A stretch of DNA of 64,000 nt, from NCBI GenBank assembly GCA_039630575.1, contig JBCNUW010000005.1:23949-87948 (forward strand), read 5' to 3'. Shown piece after piece: positions 62,574 to 64,000 of the stretch; positions within the stretch are counted from its first letter, which is position 1, and each line of letters starts with the position of its first letter. The notes under the pieces were generated by a model. That model did not search any database. It saw only the letters and a list, made by a program, of their open reading frames with translations, and was not told the DNA's origin. The translations under genes were made by a program, and so were the position numbers. The DNA is from Candidatus Hydrothermales bacterium. Lineage in GTDB: Bacteria; Hydrothermota; Hydrothermia; Hydrothermales; JAJRUZ01.

Positions 62574-63584
62574 ATGAAAATAGTTCTTGATTTATTTGGT
62601 ACTGATAGGGCTCCTCATCCAGAACTTAAAGGAGCTCAACTGTTTTTAGAGGAAAATCCAAATAATTTCTTATATTTGGTAGGCACTAAGGATTTAAAAA
62701 ATGAAGTAAAGCTAAGTGAAAAGGTTGAGTTTGTAGAGGCTGAAGAGAGGGTTTTTTCTGATGAAAAGCCTTCAGATGTTTTGAAAACTAAGAAAAACTC
62801 AACAATAGCAATAGGACTTAATCTTTTGAAAGAGGGGAAAGCTGATGTATTTTTTAGTGCAGGCAATACTGGTGCTGTGCTTGCCTATTCAATAAAAATT
62901 TTAGGTAGATTAAAAGGAGTAAAAAGACCAGCTATATGTGCTCTTTTTCCTACTGAAAAAAATTTTTGTGCAGTATTGGATGTTGGTGCTAATGCTGATT
63001 CAAGACCTATTTTTCTATACCAGTTTGGTGTTATGGGAAAGATATTTGTTGAAGAAGTGATGGGAATAGAAAATCCAAGAGTTGCTTTACTTTCAATTGG
63101 AGAAGAAAAGACAAAGGGTAATGAGCTTATAATTAAGGCAAAGGAAATTTTTGAGAGGGATAAAAGTTTAAATTTTATTGGCTTCATTGAGGGTAACGAG
63201 ATTTTAAAGGGTAAAGCTGATGTGGTTGTTACAGACGGTTTTACAGGGAATGCTCTTTTAAAGTTTGGTGAGGGTCTTGTAGAATTTACGTATGACTTCT
63301 TTTTTAGTTTGATAAAAAAATCGATTAAAAATATAATTGGCTTTTATCTAATGAAAAATGTTTTTAAGTCTTTTTTAAAGAAGTTAAGTTATGAAGAGCT
63401 AGGTGGTGCTCCTTTACTTGGAATAAACGGTTCTGTTTTTATAGGTCATGGTAGAAGCTCTGAGATTGCAATCAAAAATGCTTTAAAATCTGCTTTAAAG
63501 TATAGTGAATTAAATGTTGGTTTAAAAATTGAGAAATCTTTAGTTGAGTATGAAGATGTAAACTTAGAAACTCACAAGTTTTAA
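62574..63584 (+). CDS. plsX: phosphate acyltransferase PlsX
   Basis: SAGNTGA, LDVGAN, IGEEKTKG, DGFTGN, GGAPLLG, HGRSS. Confidence 0.95.
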   Translation: MKIVLDLFGTDRAPHPELKGAQLFLEENPNNFLYLVGTKDLKNEVKLSEKVEFVEAEERVFSDEKPSDVLKTKKNSTIAIGLNLLKEGKADVFFSAGNTGAVLAYSIKILGRLKGVKRPAICALFPTEKNFCAVLDVGANADSRPIFLYQFGVMGKIFVEEVMGIENPRVALLSIGEEKTKGNELIIKAKEIFERDKSLNFIGFIEGNEILKGKADVVVTDGFTGNALLKFGEGLVEFTYDFFFSLIKKSIKNIIGFYLMKNVFKSFLKKLSYEELGGAPLLGINGSVFIGHGRSSEIAIKNALKSALKYSELNVGLKIEKSLVEYEDVNLETHKF

Positions 63585-63778
63585 ATATATTATTTAATTT
63601 GTAATGCAATCATAGTTCCTAAAATTCATATCTTAACCCATGTTTGCCATTTTTTAGGCAAAAAATTGAATTTTTAACGCCTTTTAATTTCAAAAGTTAT
63701 TGATTTTCAAAGTTTTTTAATTTTAATCTCTTTTAAATTTTTAAAAAATGGTGGGGTCAAAATTTTATTCAAAAAGAC

Positions 63779-63807
63779 TTGACATTTTTTAATTTATCCT
63801 TTATAAT
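63779..63807 (+). promoter_or_regulatory. consensus sigma70 promoter for transposase
   Basis: TTGACA-17 bp-TATAAT, followed by SD AAGGAGGT. Confidence 0.8.
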
Positions 63808-63833
63808 TTTAATACTTAAAAAGGAGGTAAAAA

Positions 63834-64000
63834 ATGTATTTAAAGATTCACAAGGTTAAAGATAAAAAAGCAGGGAAGGTATATGAATATTTAAGGATTA
63901 TGAAATCGCGCAAAGTAAGGGGGAAGGTTAAAAAGGAAGTGATTGCTACTTTGGGGAGGGTTGATAAATTAAACAGGGAAGAACTTAAAAAGCTTGTTTT
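63834..64000 (+). mobile_element. IS1634-like transposase, N-terminal fragment running off the window
   Basis: MYLKIHKVKDKKAGKVYEYLRIMKSRKVRGKVKKEVIATLGRVDKL resembles the IS1634-family N-terminus (Y.YL....S.R..GK.....IA.LGR.D). Confidence 0.7.

Overview
Very AT-rich, gene-dense chromosomal segment from a diderm bacterium, probably anaerobic and possibly thermophilic. It carries LPS/Kdo/Lpt genes, a PorV-like barrel and a T9SS-type C-terminal sorting signal, consistent with an FCB-related lineage such as WOR-3 (inference only). About 60 CDS include a 2-oxoacid:ferredoxin oxidoreductase-HdrCBA/MvhD operon, an MglB / double-DnaA-AAA / DUF4388-TPR / CheR signalling cluster, a LolA-like / outer-membrane barrel / PhaR-phasin / MMPL operon, kdsD-lpxL-lptCAB-rpoN, groESL, fabH-fabD and yceD-rpmF-plsX. 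There is also a tRNA-Val(TAC) and the start of an IS1634-like transposase. The most striking unexplained signal is non-coding: a tRNA T-loop-like motif, GGTTC(A/T)ANNCC, lies on the sense strand 19-26 nt upstream of ten start codons, most of which lack a Shine-Dalgarno sequence. One of the ten copies is the T-arm of the real tRNA. This suggests a possibly undescribed cis-acting RNA element for translation initiation or mRNA processing. Clustered indels at about 52.55-53.3 kb (anti-sigma gene, groES) look like assembly errors.
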